A stretch of 64,000 nt of DNA from Candidatus Omnitrophota bacterium (GCA_043805415.1 JAZDHZ010000002.1:15773-79772); one strand, 5' to 3'. Positions 20,562-30,424 are shown, counted from the stretch's first letter. A program made the numbers and translations. The notes: generated by a model not told the origin, from the letters alone.

Positions 20562-22556
20562 ATGTTGCAAATCCGAAAAATAGCTAGAGGCAGTATTGTT
20601 ATCTGGTTATTTATTCATCTGATTATGAATACGACTGTAGGCTGTGCAGCGCCTTTGCAACAGGATATCCGGAAAAGTTTCCTGTCCCCCGCAATAGCAA
20701 TATCAGACATTTTAAGCGTCTTTTTATCGCCGCGCCAAAACCAGCTAAAAGTAGAGCCGGACGCGCTTGCTATAGTACGCAATGCTTTTAGGGATAATGC
20801 TGTCTATATAGCCATGGAATTGGCAATGCATAAAGTGATTGAGCACTTAGACTCGGAAAAAATAGTCGCGGTAAATATCACAGCAGAAAACGGCAATAGT
20901 GTGCGAATAAAAATTCCCCATCCCAGCGCTGTAAGCGAAGCAGGAGATATGCAGGCAGTCTATAAGTATTATATCGCAAAGCGCTATGCTTTGGCTGTGG
21001 CTATGGGAAATGGTCCGGGTGCTAATCTTTACATCAAGGCAGAAGATTCACAGGGGAAAAGATTGCCGGATGTAGAGGCTGGAATTATCGCTGTTGCGCA
21101 AAATGTATTTGATGCCGCGGGTAAGGCATTTACAAGTAAGGCAAATGCCGGCAATAAGGTACTTGTCAAAAACGAACCAGAGCATTTAGAGGTATCAAAA
21201 GCCGTAACGTTTGCAAAACGGAAAATTTTACATATCAGCGGGGCTGAATATAAACAGATAACAGGCAATGATCTAATTACCATCGGCATTGATTTGGGCG
21301 GTAAAGGCATGGGCCCAGGAATTAGAGTAAATGGCATAAACGTGACTGATTCACTGCTGCCAAAGGCTGAAAATGAAGAGGAGTTAATAAACAATGATCA
21401 AAGCTTGCGCTATCGATACTCATTTTCAAAAGACGAAGGCGGCAGCGGTGCTGAGCTGCGCGATAGACTCGTAAAATTTGTCAGTCAGATTGTTGATGTA
21501 GTAAGCGCAAAATACGGGCAGGTTGACGCGGTTTTTATCAATTCTGCCGGAGCCCCTGATTTTGCTAATGATCGTTTTGCCAGCATTGGAGCTTTGTCCA
21601 GACGATTTGAAGCATTCGGCGGCATGGAAAAAAATATGCAAGCTGTAAATGAGTTTATTCCGCAGCTGAGAAAGCAGCTGGGAGTGGTTGTTGGTTTTGG
21701 CAATGATATGACTGGATGGGCAATATCAATCGCGGAACAAGCTGGATTTTTTATTGGGCAGCAGAATTCCCGCGCTGGCGCTATTTTAACCGGAGGCGGT
21801 ATTGGCGCTAAGGAGATGAATGACGGTGTTGCTGTTGCCGGGATGAACGAAGGCGGACACTTTGTGTGGAATAGCGGGGATATGGTTGAGTCATTCTCCA
21901 GAGATTCGCCCTTAGGTTCATTTGAAGATTGGGCAGGAAGCGTCCGGGGGATTGTGAATGAATCAAAGCGGGTGTTTGGGGTAGACGGCAAGAGTTTATT
22001 TCAAAAATTACAGGCAATGGGAATTAAGGATGTTGATCCCAAACATATAGGCTTAGCAGCATCAGGGCTTAATCCTTTAATTAGTCAAAGCGCTGCTTCT
22101 GAAACAGCTTATCAGCGCAGCGTTGACCCGGAATTGCAGCGGCTTGCATATCAAGTCTGGGATAATATAGAACAGCGTGAGGCGCAGTACATTGTGTTTA
22201 TATATAAGCTTAGGGGTTTAACTCGATTTGCTTTTGGCGGAGGGACCACAGCCGGCGACACAGGCAAGATCAGATTAGATTTGCTTAAGAAATATATTAG
22301 TGAATATACCGCGCAGCTAGGGATAAAAGACGAAATAACAGTTGAATTAGTGCGCGATGCGGATCCCACAGATGGCGCGGCTGTTGCGGCAGAACACTGG
22401 TTTCAGGATTATATAGCGAACCAACTGGCGGCTTTGGGCGGTAATTATGAAACAGGAGCCAGTTTTGCGGCTATGCTGAAGGAATGGGATAGACTAAACC
22501 AAATCTCAGAATTTTCAGTGGGATCGGAGATATCTGCGCTGAATCATTCCATCTAG
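20562..22556 (+). CDS. hypothetical 664-aa protein: signal peptide/possible lipobox + unknown domain + ROK-like ASKHA domain lacking the zinc Cys motif
   Basis: ITIGIDLGG (phosphate-1), AVFINSAGAPDF, VVVGFGNDMTGWAISIAE, AILTGGGIG, FAFGGGTTAG; visibly higher GC than flanking genes. Confidence 0.5.
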   Translation: MLQIRKIARGSIVIWLFIHLIMNTTVGCAAPLQQDIRKSFLSPAIAISDILSVFLSPRQNQLKVEPDALAIVRNAFRDNAVYIAMELAMHKVIEHLDSEKIVAVNITAENGNSVRIKIPHPSAVSEAGDMQAVYKYYIAKRYALAVAMGNGPGANLYIKAEDSQGKRLPDVEAGIIAVAQNVFDAAGKAFTSKANAGNKVLVKNEPEHLEVSKAVTFAKRKILHISGAEYKQITGNDLITIGIDLGGKGMGPGIRVNGINVTDSLLPKAENEEELINNDQSLRYRYSFSKDEGGSGAELRDRLVKFVSQIVDVVSAKYGQVDAVFINSAGAPDFANDRFASIGALSRRFEAFGGMEKNMQAVNEFIPQLRKQLGVVVGFGNDMTGWAISIAEQAGFFIGQQNSRAGAILTGGGIGAKEMNDGVAVAGMNEGGHFVWNSGDMVESFSRDSPLGSFEDWAGSVRGIVNESKRVFGVDGKSLFQKLQAMGIKDVDPKHIGLAASGLNPLISQSAASETAYQRSVDPELQRLAYQVWDNIEQREAQYIVFIYKLRGLTRFAFGGGTTAGDTGKIRLDLLKKYISEYTAQLGIKDEITVELVRDADPTDGAAVAAEHWFQDYIANQLAALGGNYETGASFAAMLKEWDRLNQISEFSVGSEISALNHSI

Positions 22557-22645
22557 GGCATGCCGGGTTTTATTGATCCAACAGGATGGTTTTAAAGATA
22601 AGAGAAAAACATTAGGATATGATTGATACTGTAGAATAAGTCGAA

Positions 22646-23038
22646 TCAAGAAAAAGAAATGTTAAAAGCTTTAGATAATAAAATTACTATGGAATCAAAG
22701 TTATTGCTTGAACCTGCGATATAAATAGTTAAAGCTGATCCTTCCTCTAAAATGCGGACACAATGTGATTCAATGGATAAATAAATTATCCCAAATCTCT
22801 TTTTCAAATCGCTTGAAAATTGCTGCTGGTTTAGCGATACAATCATCTTTTTCGGTTACACCCATGTGTTATTGAACTTAGCGCTGTTAATAGGATTTAA
22901 TGGATAGCCAGAGGCCAGCGCTAAGTACCGCAGTATTTTTGAGATAAAGTAATTTTCAGCAGTTGTTTTAGTAATTACATTTGAGCCATTGTTATCAAAA
23001 AATGTGTGTTTGCCATAAAAATCTATAGATTTACTCAA
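22646..23038 (-). pseudogene. Two small minus-strand ORFs in one frame separated only by TAA + 3 codons, read as a stop-disrupted gene remnant
   Basis: ORF 23038..22856 ends in TAA; ORF 22846..22646 resumes in the same frame 9 nt later; region ~30% GC. Confidence 0.25.
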
Positions 23039-23146
23039 TGCTATGATATAATTAATTTTATACCTATTTTATAAATTTCAATTTTATTTCCTAAATTTTA
23101 GATTAATTTTATCAAGATTGCTGTCAGAGAAGACAGGGAAGTTTTT

Positions 23147-24109
23147 ATGCGCAAAAAAACAGTTTTCGGTTTGTTCCGGATTTTTATCAGCCTTTTTTTG
23201 CTCGGGCTATTATTTTTGATAATGCGGGGAAAAATGGGTAATCTGATCCAAGTTATTCAAGGCGTTAATGTTCAGCTGTTTTTCTTGGCAATGCTGTTTA
23301 TCGTGCCGATTGTTTTTATATCTGGTTTGCGGTTGCAGTGTTTTTTAACTGTGCAGGGACTATCGTTTAAGCTGAGTGAGACCATCCGGCTTTCCTTGAT
23401 CGGTTATTTTTTTAATAATTTTATGCCATCAACCGTGGGTGGTGATGTGGCTAAGGTATATTATGCCAGAAAACGTTCGGGTGATTATACCCGACCTTTT
23501 TCAGCTGTTTTAATTGATCGGCTTGCCGGACTTTCGGCACTGATTGTTTTAGCCGGGATTGCGGTTATTATTTGGGGAAATCTTATCCAGAATAAAGCGG
23601 CAAAAATAATTATTTTGTTAGGGTTTTTCCTGCTTTTATCAGCATTAGGATTAATTTATACCAGCGCGGCTAAAGATAAATTCGGCTGGTTATTTAAATC
23701 GCCTTTATTATTAAAAATAAGAGAAAAAACCTTAAAAATATATAAAGCAATAAACCTATATCGCAGATCAAAAACCTTGCTTATTGGATTCGGCTTATCT
23801 TTTTTATCGCATGTCCTGTTTGCTGTATATGCCTATGGTTTAGCCAAAAGCCTGGATATTGATTTACCGATAAGTATTTTCTTTATTTTAATTCCTGTTG
23901 TCTGGCTGATAAGCAGTCTGCCTTCATTAAATGGCTTAGGCATAAGAGAAGGGGCTTTTGTCTATTTTTTTAAAGAATTTATTCCTCCGGAACAGGCTTT
24001 AGCGCTTTCCATATTGTATTTCGCGCAAATGATTTGTCTGAGCTGTATTGGGGGTTTAGTCTATTTGTTAAATGGCGCGGAGATGGTAAAGGAGGTTACA
24101 GATGATTAG
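23147..24109 (+). CDS. flippase-like membrane protein (lysylphosphatidylglycerol-synthase TM-region family)
   Basis: 8 TM segments; family-typical MPSTVGGDVAKVYY. Confidence 0.7.
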   Translation: MRKKTVFGLFRIFISLFLLGLLFLIMRGKMGNLIQVIQGVNVQLFFLAMLFIVPIVFISGLRLQCFLTVQGLSFKLSETIRLSLIGYFFNNFMPSTVGGDVAKVYYARKRSGDYTRPFSAVLIDRLAGLSALIVLAGIAVIIWGNLIQNKAAKIIILLGFFLLLSALGLIYTSAAKDKFGWLFKSPLLLKIREKTLKIYKAINLYRRSKTLLIGFGLSFLSHVLFAVYAYGLAKSLDIDLPISIFFILIPVVWLISSLPSLNGLGIREGAFVYFFKEFIPPEQALALSILYFAQMICLSCIGGLVYLLNGAEMVKEVTDD

Positions 24110-24266
24110 TAAAGAATTACTTGAGGTCCTGGCCTGTCCAGTGTGCAAGCAGTCAGTTCAATTAAAAGAAGATAGATTGATTTGTCAGCAATGTAAGCTT
24201 GCTTTTTTGATAAAAGATGATATTCCGGTAATGATTATAGAACAGGCTTTATCAATCAAGGAGTAG
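24102..24266 (+). CDS. Trm112-like (UPF0434) small zinc-ribbon protein, 54 aa, absent from the ORF track
   Basis: Read manually: MISKELLEVLACPVCKQSVQLKEDRLICQQCKLAFLIKDDIPVMIIEQALSIKE; 8-nt overlap with the upstream gene. Confidence 0.6.
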   Translation: MISKELLEVLACPVCKQSVQLKEDRLICQQCKLAFLIKDDIPVMIIEQALSIKE

Positions 24267-24277
24267 AGGATTAAAAA

Positions 24278-25165
24278 ATGAATATAAAAAATACATCCCC
24301 GCAAGTTAGTATTATTATGCCGACATATAATCGCGCGCTTTTAATCCCTCGCGCGATTAAGAGTATTCTTGAGCAAACCTATACAGATTTTGAAATAATA
24401 GTTATTGATGACTGCTCAACTGATGATACAGCGCATATAATCGCCGGATTTAATGATTTGAGGATTAAATATATATATTTAAGTAAACATCAGGGAGCTT
24501 CATTTGCTCGTAATGAGGGGCTGAAAATCGCTTTTGGCGAGTTTATTGCTTTTGCTGACAGCGATGATGTTTGGCTAAAAGAAAAATTAGAAAAGCAAGT
24601 AAATGTCTTAGCAACTGCTCCTGATGATATGGGGCTGGTTTATTCAGCGGTTTGGAAGGTAGCAGCAAGAAAAAAAATATTTTTCCCCAGTAAAGGATTT
24701 GGAAAAAAAAGAAGCGGTTATATTCATGAAAATCTTTTATTTGGCAATTTTGTTACAATTCACGTTCTAATCCGCAGGCAATGCCTTGCTCAAGTAGATA
24801 TGTTTGATGAAAAATTACCAAGGCTTCAGGATTGGGATCTTTGGCTGCGTTTATCTGAAAAATTCAAATTCTTTTATATACCTGAGCCTTTGGCTATAGT
24901 TTATAAAACAACAGATGCTATTTCAGAAAAAAGTTCTAGCTTAGCGGTTGGGCTTGAAATAATACTTAAAAAATTCTTAAAGGATTTCGCGGTTTATCCT
25001 AGTCTGCTTGCCAAGTATTATTATTGTTTAGGCAGGGTTTTTTATAAAAACAAGCAGAAAAACAAAAGTCAAAAATATCTTGAACAGGCTTTAGATTTAG
25101 CGCCATATGATTTAAAGTATATGTTTTGTGTCTGGCTGTTTGGTTTTACGAATAAAAAACAATAA
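24278..25165 (+). CDS. GT2-family glycosyltransferase
   Basis: VSIIMPTYNR...IIVIDDCSTDDT; DxD (DSDD). Confidence 0.85.
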   Translation: MNIKNTSPQVSIIMPTYNRALLIPRAIKSILEQTYTDFEIIVIDDCSTDDTAHIIAGFNDLRIKYIYLSKHQGASFARNEGLKIAFGEFIAFADSDDVWLKEKLEKQVNVLATAPDDMGLVYSAVWKVAARKKIFFPSKGFGKKRSGYIHENLLFGNFVTIHVLIRRQCLAQVDMFDEKLPRLQDWDLWLRLSEKFKFFYIPEPLAIVYKTTDAISEKSSSLAVGLEIILKKFLKDFAVYPSLLAKYYYCLGRVFYKNKQKNKSQKYLEQALDLAPYDLKYMFCVWLFGFTNKKQ

Positions 25166-25179
25166 AATTTGTTAAAAAT

Positions 25180-26136
25180 ATGCGGAATAGTAAATTGCTG
25201 TCAATCATCATTGTTAATTACAATACAGGTAAGTTTCTGCTGGATTGTGTTAAATCTATTTATAGCGGACATGAACTTTCTGGTTTTGAAATAATAATAA
25301 TTGATAATGCTTCCAGCGATGATAGCCTTATCCAGCTTAAAAAAGAGTATCCGCATATTCTGCTGGTCAATAATAAAGAAAATTTGGGCTTTGGCAAAGC
25401 GGTTAATCAGGGAATTAAAATCGCAAACAATAAGTTTATCCTGCTGTTAAATCCGGATACAATTATTAGCAGCGGCTGTTTTGATAAAATGATCGCCTTT
25501 CTGCGGAATAACCCAAAAGCCGGGGCCTGCGGTCCGGCAATATACAATTCGGATAAAAATCTTCAAATGTCTTGTCATCATTTCCCCGGATTACTGGATA
25601 TAGTTTTTGATAAAACCCATTTAAATAAAATTTTCAGTAAAAATCCTTTGTTTGGCAGGTATCAAATGTCTTATTGGGCCCATGATACTCTCCGGGAGGT
25701 TGACTGGCTGACCGGAGCTTGTTTTATGATTCGCGCTGAGCTGTTCAGAGCAGTCAATGGCTTTGACCCGGGATTTTTTATGTTTTCTGAAGATATTGAC
25801 TTGTGTCTGAGAATTAAACAAAAAGGGTTTAAGTGTTTTTACTTACCGCAGGCAACAATTATTCATTATCAAAGCGGTTCGTCTGATGTGATAAAAAATA
25901 AATCTCCGGTAATTGCTTGGGAAAGTTTAATTTTATTTTGGCAAAAACATCATAATCCGTTTAGTCTATTGTGTCTTAAAATTATTCTCACATGGGATGC
26001 TTGGCTAAAAATCGCAATTTTAAATATATTATTTTTGACTTTAAAAACCGAAAAACATAAAAATCCGGTTTTAGCGGAAATTGCTTACTTTAAACAAGTT
26101 TTAACAATAATCAAGAATAGCGCGAAAACTAGTTAA
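25180..26136 (+). CDS. GT2-family glycosyltransferase
   Basis: LSIIIVNYNT...IIIIDNASSDDS. Confidence 0.85.
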   Translation: MRNSKLLSIIIVNYNTGKFLLDCVKSIYSGHELSGFEIIIIDNASSDDSLIQLKKEYPHILLVNNKENLGFGKAVNQGIKIANNKFILLLNPDTIISSGCFDKMIAFLRNNPKAGACGPAIYNSDKNLQMSCHHFPGLLDIVFDKTHLNKIFSKNPLFGRYQMSYWAHDTLREVDWLTGACFMIRAELFRAVNGFDPGFFMFSEDIDLCLRIKQKGFKCFYLPQATIIHYQSGSSDVIKNKSPVIAWESLILFWQKHHNPFSLLCLKIILTWDAWLKIAILNILFLTLKTEKHKNPVLAEIAYFKQVLTIIKNSAKTS

Positions 26137-26153
26137 TCAGAGCGGTAAAATAA

Positions 26154-27284
26154 ATGAATATAGCAATAGATGCTTTTGAAGCTAATTTAAATAAAAAAGT
26201 AGGAATGGGCAATTATGTAAATAATTTGATCCATGCTCTGGCTTTGATTGATTCGAAAAATGACTACACTCTTTATGTTAAAAACCATTCTGATTCTAAT
26301 GATTTTATTAAAAAAGAAAATTTCAAATATAAACAACTGTCCAGTCCCTTAATTCGTTCTTTTTGGAGTCAATGCCGGATTCCGCTGGAGCTAATGTTTA
26401 AAAACCCGGACATTCTTCATCTGCCTACTGGCCATAAAGTTCCGTTTAATTGCCCAAAGCATACTGTGGTTACAATCCATGATCTTGCGTTTATAAAATT
26501 TCCGCAATACTTTGAAAGTTCTGTTAGATGGCGCTGTTTGCGGTTTACCCAGCACGCGATAGCTAAAGCGCAAAAGATCATTGCCATATCCGAATCAACG
26601 AAAAAAGACATTCTGGAGTATTATAAAGTCGACGCGCAAAAGGTAGAAGTTATTTATCATGGAGTAGATGCTGAATTTAAGCAGATTCAAGATAAACCCA
26701 GGATTGAAGCAGTTTGCCGAAAATATGGAATTAATTTGCCGTTTGTTTTGTTTGTCGGGGTTTTGCAGCCGCGGAAAAATATCAGCCGGTTAATCCGAGC
26801 CTTTAAACAAGTGCTTAATTCCAGCTCGCTGGATCTGCAGCTGGTTATTGCCGGAAACAAAGGCTGGATGTATGCGGATATGTTTAACACGCTAAAACAG
26901 GCAGGAATCGCTGACCAGGTTGTTTTTACCGGATACGCGCCTAAACCAGATGTGGTTTGTTTGCTCAATGCCGCTAAAGTTTTTGTTTTGCCTTCTTTAT
27001 ACGAAGGCTTTGGCTTGCCGATTTTAGAAGCAATGGCGTGCGGTGTTCCGGTTATAGCTTCCAATGTTTCTTCCATGCCGGAAATTGTCAGGGATGCCGG
27101 AATATTAGTTGATCCTTATAAAGAACCTGAAATTGCCCAGGCTTTGCTGGATATTATAAATAACCCGCGCTTAGCTAATGATTTAATTGCCAAGGGATTT
27201 AAAATAGCCCGGAATTTTACCTGGGAAAAAACAGCAAGAAAAACACTCATGCTCTATGAATCAATGATTGAAACGGAAAATTAA
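26154..27284 (+). CDS. GT4-family (GT-B) glycosyltransferase
   Basis: [20 protein letters not shown] signature. Confidence 0.85.
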   Translation: MNIAIDAFEANLNKKVGMGNYVNNLIHALALIDSKNDYTLYVKNHSDSNDFIKKENFKYKQLSSPLIRSFWSQCRIPLELMFKNPDILHLPTGHKVPFNCPKHTVVTIHDLAFIKFPQYFESSVRWRCLRFTQHAIAKAQKIIAISESTKKDILEYYKVDAQKVEVIYHGVDAEFKQIQDKPRIEAVCRKYGINLPFVLFVGVLQPRKNISRLIRAFKQVLNSSSLDLQLVIAGNKGWMYADMFNTLKQAGIADQVVFTGYAPKPDVVCLLNAAKVFVLPSLYEGFGLPILEAMACGVPVIASNVSSMPEIVRDAGILVDPYKEPEIAQALLDIINNPRLANDLIAKGFKIARNFTWEKTARKTLMLYESMIETEN

Positions 27285-27285
27285 A

Positions 27286-28368
27286 ATGAAAGTATTGTTT
27301 TTAACCCAAAGCACAGAAAGCGGACCAGCTAGCAGATATCGGGTTTATCAATATATCGATTATTTAAACCAAAATAATATAGAGTGTACTATCAGCAGTG
27401 CCTTACCCAAGACTTGTTATAAGCTTTTTTATCAGAGTGCCGATATCTGGAAAAAAATATTATTATTGCCTGTAATTTTTCTTAGACGTTTAAGGGATAT
27501 GTTTAGAGTGAAAAACTATGATATTGTGTTTATCCAAAGAGAAATATTAGCCCAATGTTTTCCTTTATTTGAAACCATAATTTCTAAGCTGAATAAAAAG
27601 ATAATATTTGATTTTGATGATGCCATATTTCTTATACCGCCGCAAAGGAATAAGCGGCTTTACGTTTTTCGGGATAAAAAAGCAATTGAAAGAATAATCA
27701 AGTTAAGCGCTCAAATCATCGCGGGAAATGATTATCTAAAGCAATATGCTCAGCAGTTTAGTGATCATGTTAGCGTGATTCCCACGGCAGTTGATACGAG
27801 AAAGTGGAAAAAGGCAGATAAAATATCAGATAAAGAGAATATTGATAATAAAAAGATTATAATCGGCTGGATCGGGACAAGGCATAATCTTTTTTATTTG
27901 GAATCGCTTAAGAGTGTGTTGGAAAAACTGAGCTTAGAGTATGATATTTGTCTGCATGTAATCAGTGATGCTGATTTTGAAATTAATAATGTCGAGGTAA
28001 AAAATATTGCCTGGAATATGGATACGGAAGTTGAACAAGTGGGAAAATTTGATATTGGTATTGCCCCATTATTCGAAGATGATTGGGCTAAAGGTAAATG
28101 CGGATTAAAAGCATTGCAGTATATGGCGTGTAGCGTAGCCACAGTTTGTTCCGCTGCCGGAGAGTATAATCAGATTGTCGAAGATGGACAAAACGGATTC
28201 TTAGCCAGCAATGACGCGGAGTGGATTGAAAAACTAGCGCGGTTAATTAATGATCCCAGCCTAAGAGAAAATCTAGGTAAAGCCGGTCGAAAAACAATTG
28301 AAGCAAAGTATTCACTAGAAATTAATCAACTAAAGCTTAAAAAAATAATTGAGCGGCTAAAACAATAA
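27286..28368 (+). CDS. GT-B glycosyltransferase (GT4-like)
   Basis: C-terminal glycosyltransferase-like LQYMACSVATVCSAAGEY...EDGQNGFL; start placed at the Met after the previous stop. Confidence 0.65.
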   Translation: MKVLFLTQSTESGPASRYRVYQYIDYLNQNNIECTISSALPKTCYKLFYQSADIWKKILLLPVIFLRRLRDMFRVKNYDIVFIQREILAQCFPLFETIISKLNKKIIFDFDDAIFLIPPQRNKRLYVFRDKKAIERIIKLSAQIIAGNDYLKQYAQQFSDHVSVIPTAVDTRKWKKADKISDKENIDNKKIIIGWIGTRHNLFYLESLKSVLEKLSLEYDICLHVISDADFEINNVEVKNIAWNMDTEVEQVGKFDIGIAPLFEDDWAKGKCGLKALQYMACSVATVCSAAGEYNQIVEDGQNGFLASNDAEWIEKLARLINDPSLRENLGKAGRKTIEAKYSLEINQLKLKKIIERLKQ

Positions 28369-28381
28369 CTAAAGGCAGTCA

Positions 28382-30262
28382 ATGTGCGGAATATGCGGTG
28401 TGTTTAATTTTAACGGCCAAAGAATAGATGAAAATCTGATTAATGGAATGTGCGACAAATTAGTACATCGCGGTCCGGATTCTATGGGTAAATATATTGA
28501 TGATAAGATTGGCTTGGGCCATCGGCGGCTTTCAATTATTGATCTTAAAAGCGGCAATCAGCCTATCCCCAATGAAGATAAAACAGTTTGGGTGATTGTC
28601 AACGGAGAAGTATATAATTATATCGAGTTGCGCGGTATGCTGGAAAAAAAAGGGCATGTTTTTTATACCCAGACAGACTCGGAAGTCATTGTTCATCTCT
28701 ATGAACAGTATCAGGAAGCTGCTTTAGAGTATTTAAGAGGCATGTTTGCCTTTGCGCTTTGGGATAAACAAAAAAAGAAATTGTTTATTGCCCGTGACCG
28801 CACTGGACAGAAACCGCTGGTCTACTGGCATGATGATAAAAGATTTGCTTTTTCCTCAGAATTAAAATCACTTTTGACCGCGCCCTGGATAAACCGGGAA
28901 GTGGACCCAGAAGCATTGAATCTTTATTTAAGTTTCCTCTATGTTCCGGCGCCAAAAACAATTTTTAAAAACATTAAAAAATTATTGCCGGCGCATTACC
29001 TGGTTGTAGAAAACGGAAAGCTGGAAATTAAAAAATATTGGAGTTTACAGCCAAGAATCGGTTCGCGCAAGAGTATAAAAGAATATAAGCAGGGAATTCT
29101 TGAGCAGCTTGATCAAGCAATAAAATTACACTTAGTCAGTGATGTGCCGCTGGGAGTTTTCTTAAGCGGCGGGATTGATTCCAGCGCGATTGTCAGCCAA
29201 ATGAGCAAGTATACCTCGAATATAAAAACATTTTCTGTGGGTTTTGAAAATAAATTATACAATGAACTGGAATATGCTCAGATAATCGCGGGAAAATTCT
29301 CCACAGAGCATCATGAGCTGATCGTAAAACCTAAAGCAATTGAAATCATGCCAAAATTAATCAGCCATTATGGAGAGCCTTACGCGGATTATTCTTGTAT
29401 TCCGACATATTATATATCTCAGTTCGCGTCTAGATATGTAAAAGTTGCGCTCTGCGGTGATGGCGGGGATGAGTCTTTTAGCGGTTACCATCGTTATACC
29501 GCGGCAAAAGTTGCCGAAGTTTTTGACCTTTTGCCGCGGTTTTTGCGCCGGATAATTTCCCGCGCGGTTATTGAGTTAACCCCAGGCGGCGACGATATCC
29601 GGAGTAGTGCCTGGCAGATAAAAAGATTTTTCCAGGGTCTGGAATATCCGCCGGTCGAGCGTTATCTTAATTGGATTTCCTGTTTTAATCATGAACAGAA
29701 AAAACATCTTTTAAACCAAAGTTCTTTATCAAAGTTAAATTTAAACACTGATTTAGATTATTTAGAAAATGTATATTCAGCTAAAAAAACCGGTGAGTTT
29801 AGCGATATTACCCGGCAGGTGGATATTGATACATATTTACCCAATGATTTACTAGTTAAGATGGATATTGCGGCAATGGCAAATTCTTTAGAAACAAGGT
29901 CTCCTTTTTTAGATCATAAGTTCATGGAATATGCTGCCACAATTCCCTGTGATTTAAAACTGCATAATCTTCAGAATAAATTTATTTTAAAAAAAGCCTT
30001 GGCAGCTTCATTGCCCAGAAAAATAGTAACCAGAAAAAAACAGGGCTTTGCCATACCTATTGGCCAATGGTTTCGTCATGAACTTAAAGATTATGCTTAT
30101 GATATGCTTTTGGATAAAACCAGTATTGATCGTGGGTATTTTAACCGAACTTATCTAAAGCAGCTTTTAGATGAACACACAGCTGGATCTACGGATAATG
30201 GCTATAAATTATGGACGCTATTGATGTTTGAGCTTTGGGCCAGGGAATTTATCGATGCTTAA
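28382..30262 (+). CDS. asnB: asparagine synthase (glutamine-hydrolysing)
   Basis: MCGICGV N-terminal nucleophile; SGGIDSS PP-loop. Confidence 0.9.
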   Translation: MCGICGVFNFNGQRIDENLINGMCDKLVHRGPDSMGKYIDDKIGLGHRRLSIIDLKSGNQPIPNEDKTVWVIVNGEVYNYIELRGMLEKKGHVFYTQTDSEVIVHLYEQYQEAALEYLRGMFAFALWDKQKKKLFIARDRTGQKPLVYWHDDKRFAFSSELKSLLTAPWINREVDPEALNLYLSFLYVPAPKTIFKNIKKLLPAHYLVVENGKLEIKKYWSLQPRIGSRKSIKEYKQGILEQLDQAIKLHLVSDVPLGVFLSGGIDSSAIVSQMSKYTSNIKTFSVGFENKLYNELEYAQIIAGKFSTEHHELIVKPKAIEIMPKLISHYGEPYADYSCIPTYYISQFASRYVKVALCGDGGDESFSGYHRYTAAKVAEVFDLLPRFLRRIISRAVIELTPGGDDIRSSAWQIKRFFQGLEYPPVERYLNWISCFNHEQKKHLLNQSSLSKLNLNTDLDYLENVYSAKKTGEFSDITRQVDIDTYLPNDLLVKMDIAAMANSLETRSPFLDHKFMEYAATIPCDLKLHNLQNKFILKKALAASLPRKIVTRKKQGFAIPIGQWFRHELKDYAYDMLLDKTSIDRGYFNRTYLKQLLDEHTAGSTDNGYKLWTLLMFELWAREFIDA

Positions 30263-30424
30263 TCAATTAATTTAGTTTAGAGTTATATTGACAAGCTTAC
30301 TGGGATATGTTAACCTGTTTCTAAGTCTGGACAAAAGTCTCAACTGTAAATGGAGTCAGGGTTTATAAATACTTAAGGATAAGTAGATTTAGCTTATAGC
30401 TTAATGCGACCAAAGGAGGGGCGA

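Noticed and set aside
21029-22369. Four to five long minus-strand ORFs (up to 168 aa)
   Set aside because: All are antisense to the GC-enriched 664-aa gene. Long spurious antisense frames are expected in GC-richer DNA.
22555-22573. GGCATGCC palindrome + GGGTTTT right after the 664-aa gene, as a possible terminator
   Set aside because: The palindrome leaves a 0-2 nt loop, which is sterically implausible as an intrinsic terminator hairpin.
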